From a virus, in IMG/VR virus record IMGVR_UViG_3300044824_000082, positions 4,652-68,651 of that record: a DNA stretch of 64,000 bases. One strand, 5' to 3'. This document shows, in pieces, positions 30,781 through 39,263 of this stretch; the first letter of the stretch is position 1, and each line of letters begins with the position of its first letter. The notes beneath the pieces were generated by a model, which worked only from the letters and a program-made list of their open reading frames with translations, was not told where the DNA came from and ran no database searches. Position numbers and translations under genes: made by a program.

Positions 30781-31347
30781 ATGACAAACGGAACACTTTC
30801 GGCCACGGTTCACGCGCAAGGTGCGCTCGTAAAGCCCCTTTTGGTTGATAAGGTAACGGGGGCCATCCCTGCGCTTCGTTGGCAACCGGACGAGGTGCTG
30901 TATCGTGTTTTCGATGTGAGTGCCGGAGCCTTGCGTATGATGTCGGTGCCAGCGGGGACAGGTGTAACGTCTGTGATTTGGCAGACGAACGAGGTTCTCA
31001 GTGCGGCGTATGACAACGTGAACAAGAAGCTACAGGTGAACGTAGTCGCGGCGAGTACTTTCGCGGCAACGTTGCTTCAGCCGAATGAGATTTGGCGGAA
31101 CGTTTTTGACCCTTCGACGGGAGTGCTCCGAGTGGCGAAAGTTAGTACGGGGGGAGGCCCGGTTGCGGGGCGGAAGTGGCAGGTGGACGAAGTGTTGAGT
31201 GGTTCTTATGACCCGGGGGCGAACGCTTTGCGGGTAGTCAGTGTCGGTGCGGGAAGCGGCCCGACAACGCAAATCCGGCAGCCGAACGAGGTTTTGAGTC
31301 TGTGCTACGACCCGAAGGCACACGCTATCCAAGAGACGGGGGTTTGA
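30781..31347 (+). CDS. five-repeat protein, Q(P/T/V)(D/N)E(V/I)...(F/Y)D
   Basis: five ~31-aa repeats visible; promoter GGTTATATA upstream. Confidence 0.7.
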   Translation: MTNGTLSATVHAQGALVKPLLVDKVTGAIPALRWQPDEVLYRVFDVSAGALRMMSVPAGTGVTSVIWQTNEVLSAAYDNVNKKLQVNVVAASTFAATLLQPNEIWRNVFDPSTGVLRVAKVSTGGGPVAGRKWQVDEVLSGSYDPGANALRVVSVGAGSGPTTQIRQPNEVLSLCYDPKAHAIQETGV

Positions 31348-31348
31348 A

Positions 31349-31753
31349 ATGCCGAACAACGACGACACGGTGAGCAAGTGCCGTCTTAAGTTGGCAACGC
31401 AAGAGGCGGTTACGGCGCTCAATGAGAAGGTTGAGATTTACAACCGGAACCTGCGGGAGACGATAGAGAAGAACGAGGAAGTTCGTAAGAACGAGTTTGC
31501 GAAATCCGATGCAACTTTGGATGTCAGGCTCGAAAGCATGAACCAGTTTCGGCACCAGATAGAACAAGAACGTTCGACTTTCATTACCCGCGACCAGCAC
31601 GACATTTTGCGGAGCGAGCTGATGCTCGAAATCAAGCCGCTCCAAATCGCGGCAGCCAACCGAGCCGGGGTAGCACAGGGCAGGGATTGGACATTGTACG
31701 TTTTGTTCGGGATACTTTCGTTTGTGGCAGTCGCTGGCCTGTTTATCCATTGA
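31349..31753 (+). CDS. coiled-coil protein with a C-terminal membrane anchor
   Basis: heptad-rich body; terminal WTLYVLFGILSFVAVAGLFIH. Confidence 0.65.
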   Translation: MPNNDDTVSKCRLKLATQEAVTALNEKVEIYNRNLRETIEKNEEVRKNEFAKSDATLDVRLESMNQFRHQIEQERSTFITRDQHDILRSELMLEIKPLQIAAANRAGVAQGRDWTLYVLFGILSFVAVAGLFIH

Positions 31754-31790
31754 GAAAGGTTTAAGTAGGCAGGAATAGGTAGATGTCTCG

Positions 31791-31859
31791 ATGACTGATA
31801 CGTATCGAGACTTGGTAATTACGGACGACAAGAATCGTCATCAAGTCTATTATACTTAG
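31791..31859 (+). pseudogene. orphaned 5' stub of the prohead protease gene
   Basis: encodes MTDTYRDLVITDDKNR, identical to the first 16 aa at 32416, then stops; keeps an AAAGGTTTAAGTAGGCAGG promoter. Confidence 0.9.
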
Positions 31860-31893
31860 ATACTATATACACCCCGATAACACTTAATTATCC

Positions 31894-32382
31894 ATGCCAC
31901 CCTTCAAAGATTTAACCGGACAGCGATTCGGCAGACTGGTAGTTGTTAGGTTTGTGGGAAGAGAACGATACAAAGGCGCACTTTGGAATTGTAAGTGCGA
32001 TTGTGGGAAAGAAAAAGTCGTTCGTGGTGGAAGTTTGGGGTTGGGAAAAACGAAATCGTGCGGGTGTTTGCAACGAGAGAATGGGGCCACTGTTGGGCAT
32101 TCTCGTTGGAAAGGCGGGAAGACATCGGACGGGTATGTTCAGATACAGCGGGATGGCAAGCATTTGTTGGAACATCGGATTGTTATGGAGCGGTATCTCG
32201 GGCGGAAACTTTTGGAGGGGGAGAACGTCCATCACAAGAACGGGATTCGAAACGACAACCGAATTGAGAATCTGGAACTGTGGTCAACGTGGCAACCGAC
32301 AGGACAACGAGTCGAAGACAAAACCGAATGGGCAATCAGGTGGCTGAAGCAGTACAAACCCGAAGTGATGAGGGGGCCGTAA
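31894..32382 (+). CDS. HNH homing endonuclease
   Basis: DLTGQRFGRL..WNCKCDCG..KSCGC; EHRIVME..VHHKNGIRNDNRIENLELW. Confidence 0.92.
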   Translation: MPPFKDLTGQRFGRLVVVRFVGRERYKGALWNCKCDCGKEKVVRGGSLGLGKTKSCGCLQRENGATVGHSRWKGGKTSDGYVQIQRDGKHLLEHRIVMERYLGRKLLEGENVHHKNGIRNDNRIENLELWSTWQPTGQRVEDKTEWAIRWLKQYKPEVMRGP

Positions 32383-32415
32383 GGTTTAAGTAGGCAGGGA
32401 GAGGTAAAGGGTTTG

Positions 32416-35277
32416 ATGACGGACACTTACCGAGATTTGGTCATAACAGACGATAAAAATCGTTTGGTTGCAGGGTTCGCCAACGTTGCTGTTCTGGACA
32501 GGCAAGGGGACATCGTTCCGACAGACGCAATGGCGAAGGCCATGCTGGAATACATGAAGCGGGGCGGGGTGGTTCTTTTGGGCCACGCCAACAAGCCGGT
32601 GGGCAAGGTAGTCCAGTGGAGCATCCAGAAGCCCGAAGGTAGCGATGCCGATGGAATCCATATCATTGCAGCCATTGACACGGGCACCGAGCCCGGAGAC
32701 GAAGCGTGGAAGAAGCTCGGGAACAAGACGATTACGGGGTTTAGTATTGGTGGTTCGGCCAAGGAAAGCGAGAACGTGCGAGACAAGGCGGCGGTAGGTG
32801 GAGTCGCGCGGGAGCTTAAGGGCGTGGAACTCCATGAGATTAGTCTGGTGGAGATTCCCGCAAATCAGTTGGCAACGGTGTCGGACATCAGCGTGGCGAA
32901 GAGTTGTGATAACGGGACGTGTAAGATGGAGAAGGAAGTTCATCGTGGCCCATTTGCTGCGAAGGAAGAGGCTGACAAAACGGCCCAGAAGTTGAAGCAG
33001 GAAGGCTGGGCAGTTTATCGTATTGTTCAGGACGCGGATGGATGGTACATTGATTTCGGTTCTAAAGAGAACCCCGCGAACGAAACCGGGCGGGAGGAAA
33101 TGCATCCCAAGACAAAACAGCCAGTTTTGATGGCGCAGAAGACTCTTGAAGACGTGAAGGCGATGGGGTTGGATTGGGAGTCTTCGAAGGAAGAGGCGGA
33201 AAAGGCGGCGCAGGAAATGAAGGCGGAAGGGTTCAAGGTTTACGAAATCGTTCCCGATGGGGACGAGTGGCGGATTGACTACGGGCGGGAGGAGAATCCA
33301 GCGCGTAAGACGGTAGATGAAAAGACAAAGTATCCAGACCCATACATTCCCGGGCAAACGATTGATTCGGCGGAGATTCATCGGAGGGCCGAGGAGCTTA
33401 AGCGGCGTGGGGAAGAGAAGGCCGAGGGAGCCCCCGAAGACCCCACGGTGAAGGCCGAAGGTCCGATAGCGTTGGAGCAAGACCCGAACTACGACCAGAC
33501 GAAGTACGGGGTTCAGTCGATGGGGAAGGACGCCGTGGAAAAGGGCGGCAACGAGCAGGTTCGGCGTAAGGTTGGATTCGAGATTGCGGGGGCGAGAGTT
33601 CGTTCGGTGTCCCCAGACGGTTCGCGTGGGACTTGGCACCGCATGACGGACAGCGAGCGGGGCTTGAATCGTTTGTATGGTGCGGGAGAGTTGTCAGCGG
33701 CAACGAACATCCCGAGCGGGTTCCAGCCGGCGCAACCGATTCCGAAGAAGTCAGTGGAGGAGAAGGATGCGGTATCCACGGGCGAAGCGGGGGTAGAGAA
33801 CGCGCGGTTCAGTCCTCCGCAGAAGCCCGAAGACATTGAGAAGCCGTTCAAGTCGCGGGCGCAACAGCGGTGGATGTTCTGGGCGGACCCGAAGATGGCG
33901 CGAGAGTGGGCGCACAAGACGCCGAACATTCGAAGTTTGCCTGAGCGTGCCAGCAAGAAGGATGTCATTGATGGAGACGAGGCACGTCCAGTCGGGGCAG
34001 AGGACGGAAGCAATCTGGTTCCCGAGGCGGATAACAAGAGCCATCCTGTAACGGGCGAAGAGGCGTTCACGGAGAGGGCGGAAGGTCCGCAGGGTGACAA
34101 GTACGGTGAGTTCGGTGAGAAGAGCGTCGAGAAGCTCAACCCCACAGACCAAGAGGCCGGCGATGGGACGTGTACGTGGTGCAAGGTGAAGACGAAGGTT
34201 CACGAAGACCCGCGTTCGGGCAAGCCGATTTGCGAGGCGTGCGCGGCGGAGTTACCGAACAAGGCGATGCAGCCCGAGCAGTTGAAGCCGGGCTATCAGG
34301 AGGGAAAGGAGTCTTCGACAGGCAAGCCCGTGATGCACGAACAGAAGGGCGAGTTCGAGTGCGAGACGTGCGGGAAGAAGCCGATGTCGTTCGAGGAGTG
34401 CGTGGCGCACGAGAAGACGTGCAAGGAGATGCCTCCCGACAGTTGTGACGAGTGCGGCAAGAAGGGAACGACTCGGCGCGGGTTGTGCGAGCAGTGCGAG
34501 GCCGACGCGGTGAACGAGGCGCGAGCCAAGAAGGGGCTCACGTTTAACAAGGCGGGCAAGTGTCGTGGGTGCGGATGTGCCGGGCACGAACTCGTTGACG
34601 GGCGGTATTGTCAGTCGTGCTACGAAGAGTTGCAGTATTTGATGGCCGAAGCCCGTGAAGAGTTCGGGCAGAAGAAGGCATTGCAACAGCGGACAGGGGT
34701 GCCGAGCACGATTCAGGTGGCGGGTGGAACGGCCACGTACGTTGGGACAGAGGTAGAAGACAAGAACGGGCGATGGGACGACAGCTACAAGACGAGCGAT
34801 GGGTACTGGGTGATTCATCACGGCTCGGTGCACGACGTCTATCAGAAGTCGGTAGAGAAGGAGCCGCGTGATGCCACGGACGATGCGAATGTCGGGCCGA
34901 CTGGATTGGCGGCGGAGCCAGCGTTACAGTCGTCTTTGGATGCGAAGAAGGAGGGTTCAGGGACTCCTGCGAAGGGTTCGGGTGGTAGAACTATCCCAGC
35001 TTCGGGCGGGCGAACGGTGAAGCCAAGCGGCGGGCGCACCACGAAGTTGTTGATGGCGTTGGCGGGCGTGCGGAAAGAAGAGAAGTCGGTGAGCAAGGAG
35101 TTGCGGTTGGTTCGGGCGTTGGCGGGAGTGGAGCTTGAGAAGTCCGGTGCGATGTGTAAGCGGTGCGGTTCAAGTCGTCGGCGGCTGTACAAGCGGAAGA
35201 AGGGAATGCTCTGCGGAAAGTGTGTCAAGGCCATCCGAACCCGTGCGTTAAAGCAACTGGCGGGTATCAAGAAGTAG
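32416..35277 (+). CDS. HK97-type prohead protease with a long modular C-terminal extension
   Basis: VAGFANVAVLDRQGDIV, LLGH..PVGK, ITGFSIGG, LHEISLVEIPAN. Confidence 0.88.
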   Translation: MTDTYRDLVITDDKNRLVAGFANVAVLDRQGDIVPTDAMAKAMLEYMKRGGVVLLGHANKPVGKVVQWSIQKPEGSDADGIHIIAAIDTGTEPGDEAWKKLGNKTITGFSIGGSAKESENVRDKAAVGGVARELKGVELHEISLVEIPANQLATVSDISVAKSCDNGTCKMEKEVHRGPFAAKEEADKTAQKLKQEGWAVYRIVQDADGWYIDFGSKENPANETGREEMHPKTKQPVLMAQKTLEDVKAMGLDWESSKEEAEKAAQEMKAEGFKVYEIVPDGDEWRIDYGREENPARKTVDEKTKYPDPYIPGQTIDSAEIHRRAEELKRRGEEKAEGAPEDPTVKAEGPIALEQDPNYDQTKYGVQSMGKDAVEKGGNEQVRRKVGFEIAGARVRSVSPDGSRGTWHRMTDSERGLNRLYGAGELSAATNIPSGFQPAQPIPKKSVEEKDAVSTGEAGVENARFSPPQKPEDIEKPFKSRAQQRWMFWADPKMAREWAHKTPNIRSLPERASKKDVIDGDEARPVGAEDGSNLVPEADNKSHPVTGEEAFTERAEGPQGDKYGEFGEKSVEKLNPTDQEAGDGTCTWCKVKTKVHEDPRSGKPICEACAAELPNKAMQPEQLKPGYQEGKESSTGKPVMHEQKGEFECETCGKKPMSFEECVAHEKTCKEMPPDSCDECGKKGTTRRGLCEQCEADAVNEARAKKGLTFNKAGKCRGCGCAGHELVDGRYCQSCYEELQYLMAEAREEFGQKKALQQRTGVPSTIQVAGGTATYVGTEVEDKNGRWDDSYKTSDGYWVIHHGSVHDVYQKSVEKEPRDATDDANVGPTGLAAEPALQSSLDAKKEGSGTPAKGSGGRTIPASGGRTVKPSGGRTTKLLMALAGVRKEEKSVSKELRLVRALAGVELEKSGAMCKRCGSSRRRLYKRKKGMLCGKCVKAIRTRALKQLAGIKK

Positions 35278-35315
35278 AACGGGCCTTTAAATAGGACGCA
35301 AACCCATATATTTAC

Positions 35316-35696
35316 GTGGAATCGAAATTGGTTCAGCGCGGTAGAAAGGGTTCATCGAAATTCCGAGATTTCCGGTTGACTCAAAGGCGCAGAGGAGTGA
35401 GAAAGAGTCAGCGTGAGTATTTCTTGAAGTCGAAGTACGGTTTGACTATTGCGGCATGGGAAGCTCTTTTCGAAGGGCAGGGAAGGGCCTGTGCAATTTG
35501 TTGTTCAAAATCTGCACGCGGTAAAGCGGGTGTGGGTTGGTGTACGGACCATGACCACGAAACAGGTGAGGTGCGTGGAATCATCTGTCAACCTTGTAAT
35601 TTGTTGGTTGGTTGGATTGAGAAAAGTGCCTGTCCCGAAGAAATTGCGGTAAGGGTGATGAAATATTTAAATCAGGCAAGGTTGCGGAAGGTATAA
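35316..35696 (+). CDS. endonuclease VII-like HNH nuclease
   Basis: KYGLT..QGRACAIC..DHDHETGEVRGIICQPCN. Confidence 0.9.
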   Translation: MESKLVQRGRKGSSKFRDFRLTQRRRGVRKSQREYFLKSKYGLTIAAWEALFEGQGRACAICCSKSARGKAGVGWCTDHDHETGEVRGIICQPCNLLVGWIEKSACPEEIAVRVMKYLNQARLRKV

Positions 35697-35699
35697 ATA
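35689..35699 (+). promoter_or_regulatory. TATA promoter of the scaffold-capsid operon
   Basis: AGGTATAAATA; ATG at 35723. Confidence 0.7.
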
Positions 35700-35722
35700 C
35701 CCCGAGTAGCATAGGATTTGGC

Positions 35723-36310
35723 ATGCCGAAGGCAGTTCGTAAGGACCCGGACCCGGCCGTTGTGCCAAAGCCGGTGGACGAGGAAGAGAAGAGTGAGCCT
35801 ATTAAGCCGCTCGCAGAGGAAGAGAAAGAGAACAAGGAGCCTCCGGGGCCACAGGAGCCAGTCATGGAGAAGGAACCGGACCCGGCGCCGAAGGAAGACG
35901 AGGAGTTCGAGGATGCGTTGAAGATGCTCGGTGAGCGCTTCGACAGGATGGAGAAGGCCATCACCTCGCTCGGTGAGGTTCTGAAAGCGAACTACACAAG
36001 CAAGCCGAAGCCGATGGACGCGGATTACCCGACGCCCCCGTTGGATGGCCCGAAGAGCGATGGGCTACAGGCTCCGAAGATTGACCAGGAAATCAACCCG
36101 GCGGCGAAGCCGTTCGGAAAGGGCAAGCCAGCGAGCGAGGAAGTTCGCAAGGCGGCACTTGCGGGAGCCGCGGACGGAAGCCGTGAGACGAAGCCACCGG
36201 TGGCGACAACGGAGGATTTGAGGGCAATGAGGTTGGCAATTTTGAAGGGCGAAACGAGCATTGCGAAAGAGAACGCCAAACTTGCACAGCGCAAGTATGG
36301 AGGTAACTAA
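35723..36310 (+). CDS. putative capsid scaffolding protein
   Basis: acidic/Pro-rich with coiled coil; lies between protease and capsid gene; TATAAATA promoter. Confidence 0.6.
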   Translation: MPKAVRKDPDPAVVPKPVDEEEKSEPIKPLAEEEKENKEPPGPQEPVMEKEPDPAPKEDEEFEDALKMLGERFDRMEKAITSLGEVLKANYTSKPKPMDADYPTPPLDGPKSDGLQAPKIDQEINPAAKPFGKGKPASEEVRKAALAGAADGSRETKPPVATTEDLRAMRLAILKGETSIAKENAKLAQRKYGGN

Positions 36311-36311
36311 G

Positions 36312-37550
36312 ATGGCGCGGCAGTTGACCTTCCAAGACTTGATGCAGATGTACGACAGCGGCGGACTCGCCCCTATCATGGGAGCCGAGGACTCGTTCTT
36401 CGCTAAGAGCATCTCGGGAGCTATCAGTGCGACGGGCGGTGGAACGGGTGTGTGGAACCCTATCTACGGTGCGCAGTGCTGGTACCAGTTGAACACAGAA
36501 GCGAACCTCTTTGGGTTGCTTCCGAAGTTGACTTGGGACAAGAGCGGATTCCGTACGATTGCCTCGTTTACGCGTGCGGCTACCTTGATGGCGATTACGG
36601 AAACGGGCAGCTTGCCTACCCCGACAACGCCGACGATTAACACCGTCAAGTTGGTTCCGAAGATTGCGGTGAACACGTTTGCAACGAGCCAGATTGTTGA
36701 GCAGTTGGCGAAGTTGTCGCAGGACGACATTTTCGCGAACCTCGACACGATTCGGTTGTACTACGCGACTGAGCACGTCAAGCTGTTGAACCAGATGTTG
36801 AACAGCCTTGTCGTGGGAACCACGATTGCGACGAGCAACCAGTACAGCACCACGATTCCGACGTTCGAGAGCTTGGACCGTATCGTGTGCAGCTACACGG
36901 AGGGTAACACCGTAACGGGACTTGCGACAACGAACGCGACGTTGCAGGCTATCATCAACCCGTACAACGGTGCAGTCAACCGTTGCGCTGGTGGAACGAC
37001 GGGATGGGACTCGCAGGTTATCAGCCCTTCGGGGACGATTAACGTTGCGGCGAGTTTGACGGACAGTGCGATTCGAAGCATTATCCAGAACACTCGTACG
37101 GCGGGCGGGTACAACAACGTGTTCCTGACGGGATACAATACCTATGCCGAAATGCAGGGATTGTACCTAAGCAACTGGCGCACAGTGACTTGGGGCGAGT
37201 TGCGTGTTGACACGGGCTTGAACGGGATTAAGGCGGCAGAGGGGCTGGACGTGGGAATGAAGGTTGCCTCAGCCTACGGTATCCCGGTAATCAGCGCGGT
37301 TGATACGGCACAGTCGCAGGGAACGGGAGTCGGAGTGGCGAATATCTACTTGCTCGACACCACGGACACGGAAGGCTACGGTGACGCGCGGTACGGAGTT
37401 CAGGTGTTGAACCCGACGAACTACCTTGAGACGAGCGCTCGGGACTTCATCCTGTTGGGTGCCCTTGCCTACGAGGCGATGTACATGACGATAGGCGAAC
37501 AGGCGTGTCGGTTCTTCGCTGCGCAGGGTAAGATTCGGGACATTAATTGA
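36312..37550 (+). CDS. major capsid protein (HK97 fold)
   Basis: position and size (412 aa); WNPIYGAQCWYQLNTEANLFGLLPK..WDKSGFR and QGKIRD C-terminus resemble archaeal tailed-virus capsids; strong codon bias. Confidence 0.85.
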   Translation: MARQLTFQDLMQMYDSGGLAPIMGAEDSFFAKSISGAISATGGGTGVWNPIYGAQCWYQLNTEANLFGLLPKLTWDKSGFRTIASFTRAATLMAITETGSLPTPTTPTINTVKLVPKIAVNTFATSQIVEQLAKLSQDDIFANLDTIRLYYATEHVKLLNQMLNSLVVGTTIATSNQYSTTIPTFESLDRIVCSYTEGNTVTGLATTNATLQAIINPYNGAVNRCAGGTTGWDSQVISPSGTINVAASLTDSAIRSIIQNTRTAGGYNNVFLTGYNTYAEMQGLYLSNWRTVTWGELRVDTGLNGIKAAEGLDVGMKVASAYGIPVISAVDTAQSQGTGVGVANIYLLDTTDTEGYGDARYGVQVLNPTNYLETSARDFILLGALAYEAMYMTIGEQACRFFAAQGKIRDIN

Positions 37551-37636
37551 TGGGATAACCTCTCCTCAGTAATGCCAAACCCCTTCCACTAACCTATTCA
37601 CTAAACTTATATACTAAGAGAACCATACCTTTCTAC

Positions 37637-38383
37637 ATGGTATTCGAAGTAATCGACACCCCCGAAAAGGCATGGTTGTTAGGTTGGATTGCAACTGACG
37701 GGAACGTTGACAGGTATCAAGTCAGGATTATCCTGAAAGATGGCGACAGTGAACGTTACGTTTGTGACGAGTTCGTAAAGGTGGCCGGCGGCAAAGTGTT
37801 CTTGCGCGAAAAGACAAATGGGAAAGTAGAGCATTACAAGACGGTTACGTGGGAATTGAACGGGGTTGAAGAGTGTGAGAATCTCGTCAAACTTGGGATT
37901 GGCCCAAAGAAGTCATTGGTATTGGGTAAAGTGGCTGTTCCAGAACAGCTCCTTTGGCACTTCGTTCGTGGAGTGTTTGAGGGCGATGGTAGCGTTTGGC
38001 TGACAACGCAAACGGGGCGCGGCAGGCCGCAAATCTCGATTACAAGCGGCAGTAAAGTGTTCGCAGAATGGGTAGCCGAGATTACGGGCGGGAAGTTGTA
38101 TCCGAAGGAGAAGCCCCGGCGGAACACGTCGTACAGCATCGAGTTCGGCAACCGCGAGGTAATCGAGGCGTTTTACAAGCGGGCCTACGCAGACGCGGGT
38201 GAGTTCGTTCTTTTGCGAAAGAAGCAGAAGATTGAAGAGGGGCTCGGAGCATATTTCAGTTCTGAAGAGCGCGGTGAAATTGGACGGCAGAACGCAGTTC
38301 CGTGGGTAGAACAGTTCACGAAGAAGCACGGCATGAGTCCGATTGAGTGGAATCTGAAGAAAGGGGCGGGCCAATCACCTTAA
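37637..38383 (+). CDS. two-motif LAGLIDADG homing endonuclease
   Basis: AWLLGWIATDG and FVRGVFEGDGS; KKSL; LLRKKQK. Confidence 0.9.
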   Translation: MVFEVIDTPEKAWLLGWIATDGNVDRYQVRIILKDGDSERYVCDEFVKVAGGKVFLREKTNGKVEHYKTVTWELNGVEECENLVKLGIGPKKSLVLGKVAVPEQLLWHFVRGVFEGDGSVWLTTQTGRGRPQISITSGSKVFAEWVAEITGGKLYPKEKPRRNTSYSIEFGNREVIEAFYKRAYADAGEFVLLRKKQKIEEGLGAYFSSEERGEIGRQNAVPWVEQFTKKHGMSPIEWNLKKGAGQSP

Positions 38384-38408
38384 ATACACCCGAATCTTAC
38401 CCCAAATC

Positions 38409-38652
38409 ACGGAGGGATGGGGAGGGTAACAGCTACACAGCGCTGTGGAGTAACACCGCAGAACGGGAAAGGACCCGGTGCGGCCCGTGTGTTCGGGCTT
38501 ACCCCGGGAGAAACTGCTCTGTGCCACGGTGTATGTCCGGGGGTAGTGCCCGGCCTCCTCTACCTTTACGAACAAACTGGGAGTATGATGGCGTGTCGTG
38601 GTTGCTTGATTCACCCTAAGCGCGGCTATATGTAGTCGCCTGCGGGTTGTTT
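38409..38652 (+). ncRNA. putative structured non-coding RNA
   Basis: TATA-like CTTAAATA at ~38379 with no ATG at the usual spacing; several helices foldable by eye; no convincing ORF. Confidence 0.4.
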
Positions 38653-38656
38653 AACT

Positions 38657-38917
38657 ATGACATGGACAGATGTGGCCGAACATGAAGAGCGACTGAAGGC
38701 GATTGAGACGGTTTTGAAGAATGAGTTGGAAGCTTTGAAAGCGGACTTGGCAAAGGAGAAGGCGAAGTTGGAAGCAGAAAAGCTCTTGCCAAACGTGAAG
38801 CCGGCAGTACCAGTACCGGAAGTCAAGGCCGAGGTGACGGAGACAAAGGCAATGGGTAACTCCGTCCAGATTGCCGAGGCGAAGGCAGGCGAGAAGGCAG
38901 AGAACGAGGGGAAGTAG
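38657..38917 (+). CDS. small coiled-coil protein
   Basis: ORF track; E/K heptads. Confidence 0.6.
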   Translation: MTWTDVAEHEERLKAIETVLKNELEALKADLAKEKAKLEAEKLLPNVKPAVPVPEVKAEVTETKAMGNSVQIAEAKAGEKAENEGK

Positions 38918-38929
38918 AGGCAGTAAAAG

Positions 38930-39100
38930 ATGGGGCTGACGTTGGACATCATCCTGATTGTCGTTGGTCTTGTTTTGTGGCTGGTGTCAGGCCAGTTCAA
39001 GCCGGCGGAACTTTCGCTGGGCGTGAAGATTCTCGGCGTGGTGTTGTTTGTCATTGGTGTGATTTTGCTTCTCGTGATGTTAGCCGGCGTAGGTGGATAG
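38930..39100 (+). CDS. 56-aa two-TM membrane protein, holin-like (not in ORF track)
   Basis: MGLTLDIILIVVGLVLWLVSGQFKPAELSLGVKILGVVLFVIGVILLLVMLAGVGG; GAGG SD. Confidence 0.6.
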   Translation: MGLTLDIILIVVGLVLWLVSGQFKPAELSLGVKILGVVLFVIGVILLLVMLAGVGG

Positions 39101-39146
39101 CGGGCTCACACTTTAAATACTCTGTAGTCTTACCCTAATCACGACC

Positions 39147-39224
39147 ATGAACGCGGACGAGCTAAGAGTGGCGCTGGAAAGCCTTCGCGCCGAACGCGGC
39201 GATGGGACAGTTCTTGTCTCGTAG
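39147..39224 (+). pseudogene. orphaned 5' stub of the release factor gene
   Basis: MNADELRVALESLRAERGDGTVLVS* matches 15/25 aa of the aRF1 N-terminus at 39861; has its own TTTAAATA promoter. Confidence 0.85.
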
Positions 39225-39263
39225 CTCCAAGAATTTAAATACGCGGTTAACCCTAAATCTCCC

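Noticed and set aside
37637-38383. LAGLIDADG as part of an intein or an intron in the capsid gene
   Set aside because: The capsid ORF ends normally (KIRDIN*), the nuclease has its own TATA box and start, and no intein termini or downstream exon were found
38409-38570. RNase P or SRP RNA identity for the structured intergenic region
   Set aside because: The RNase P GAGGAAAGUCC-like and ACAGAA..GGCUUA elements are not present in the right order, and no SRP helix-8 motif was seen
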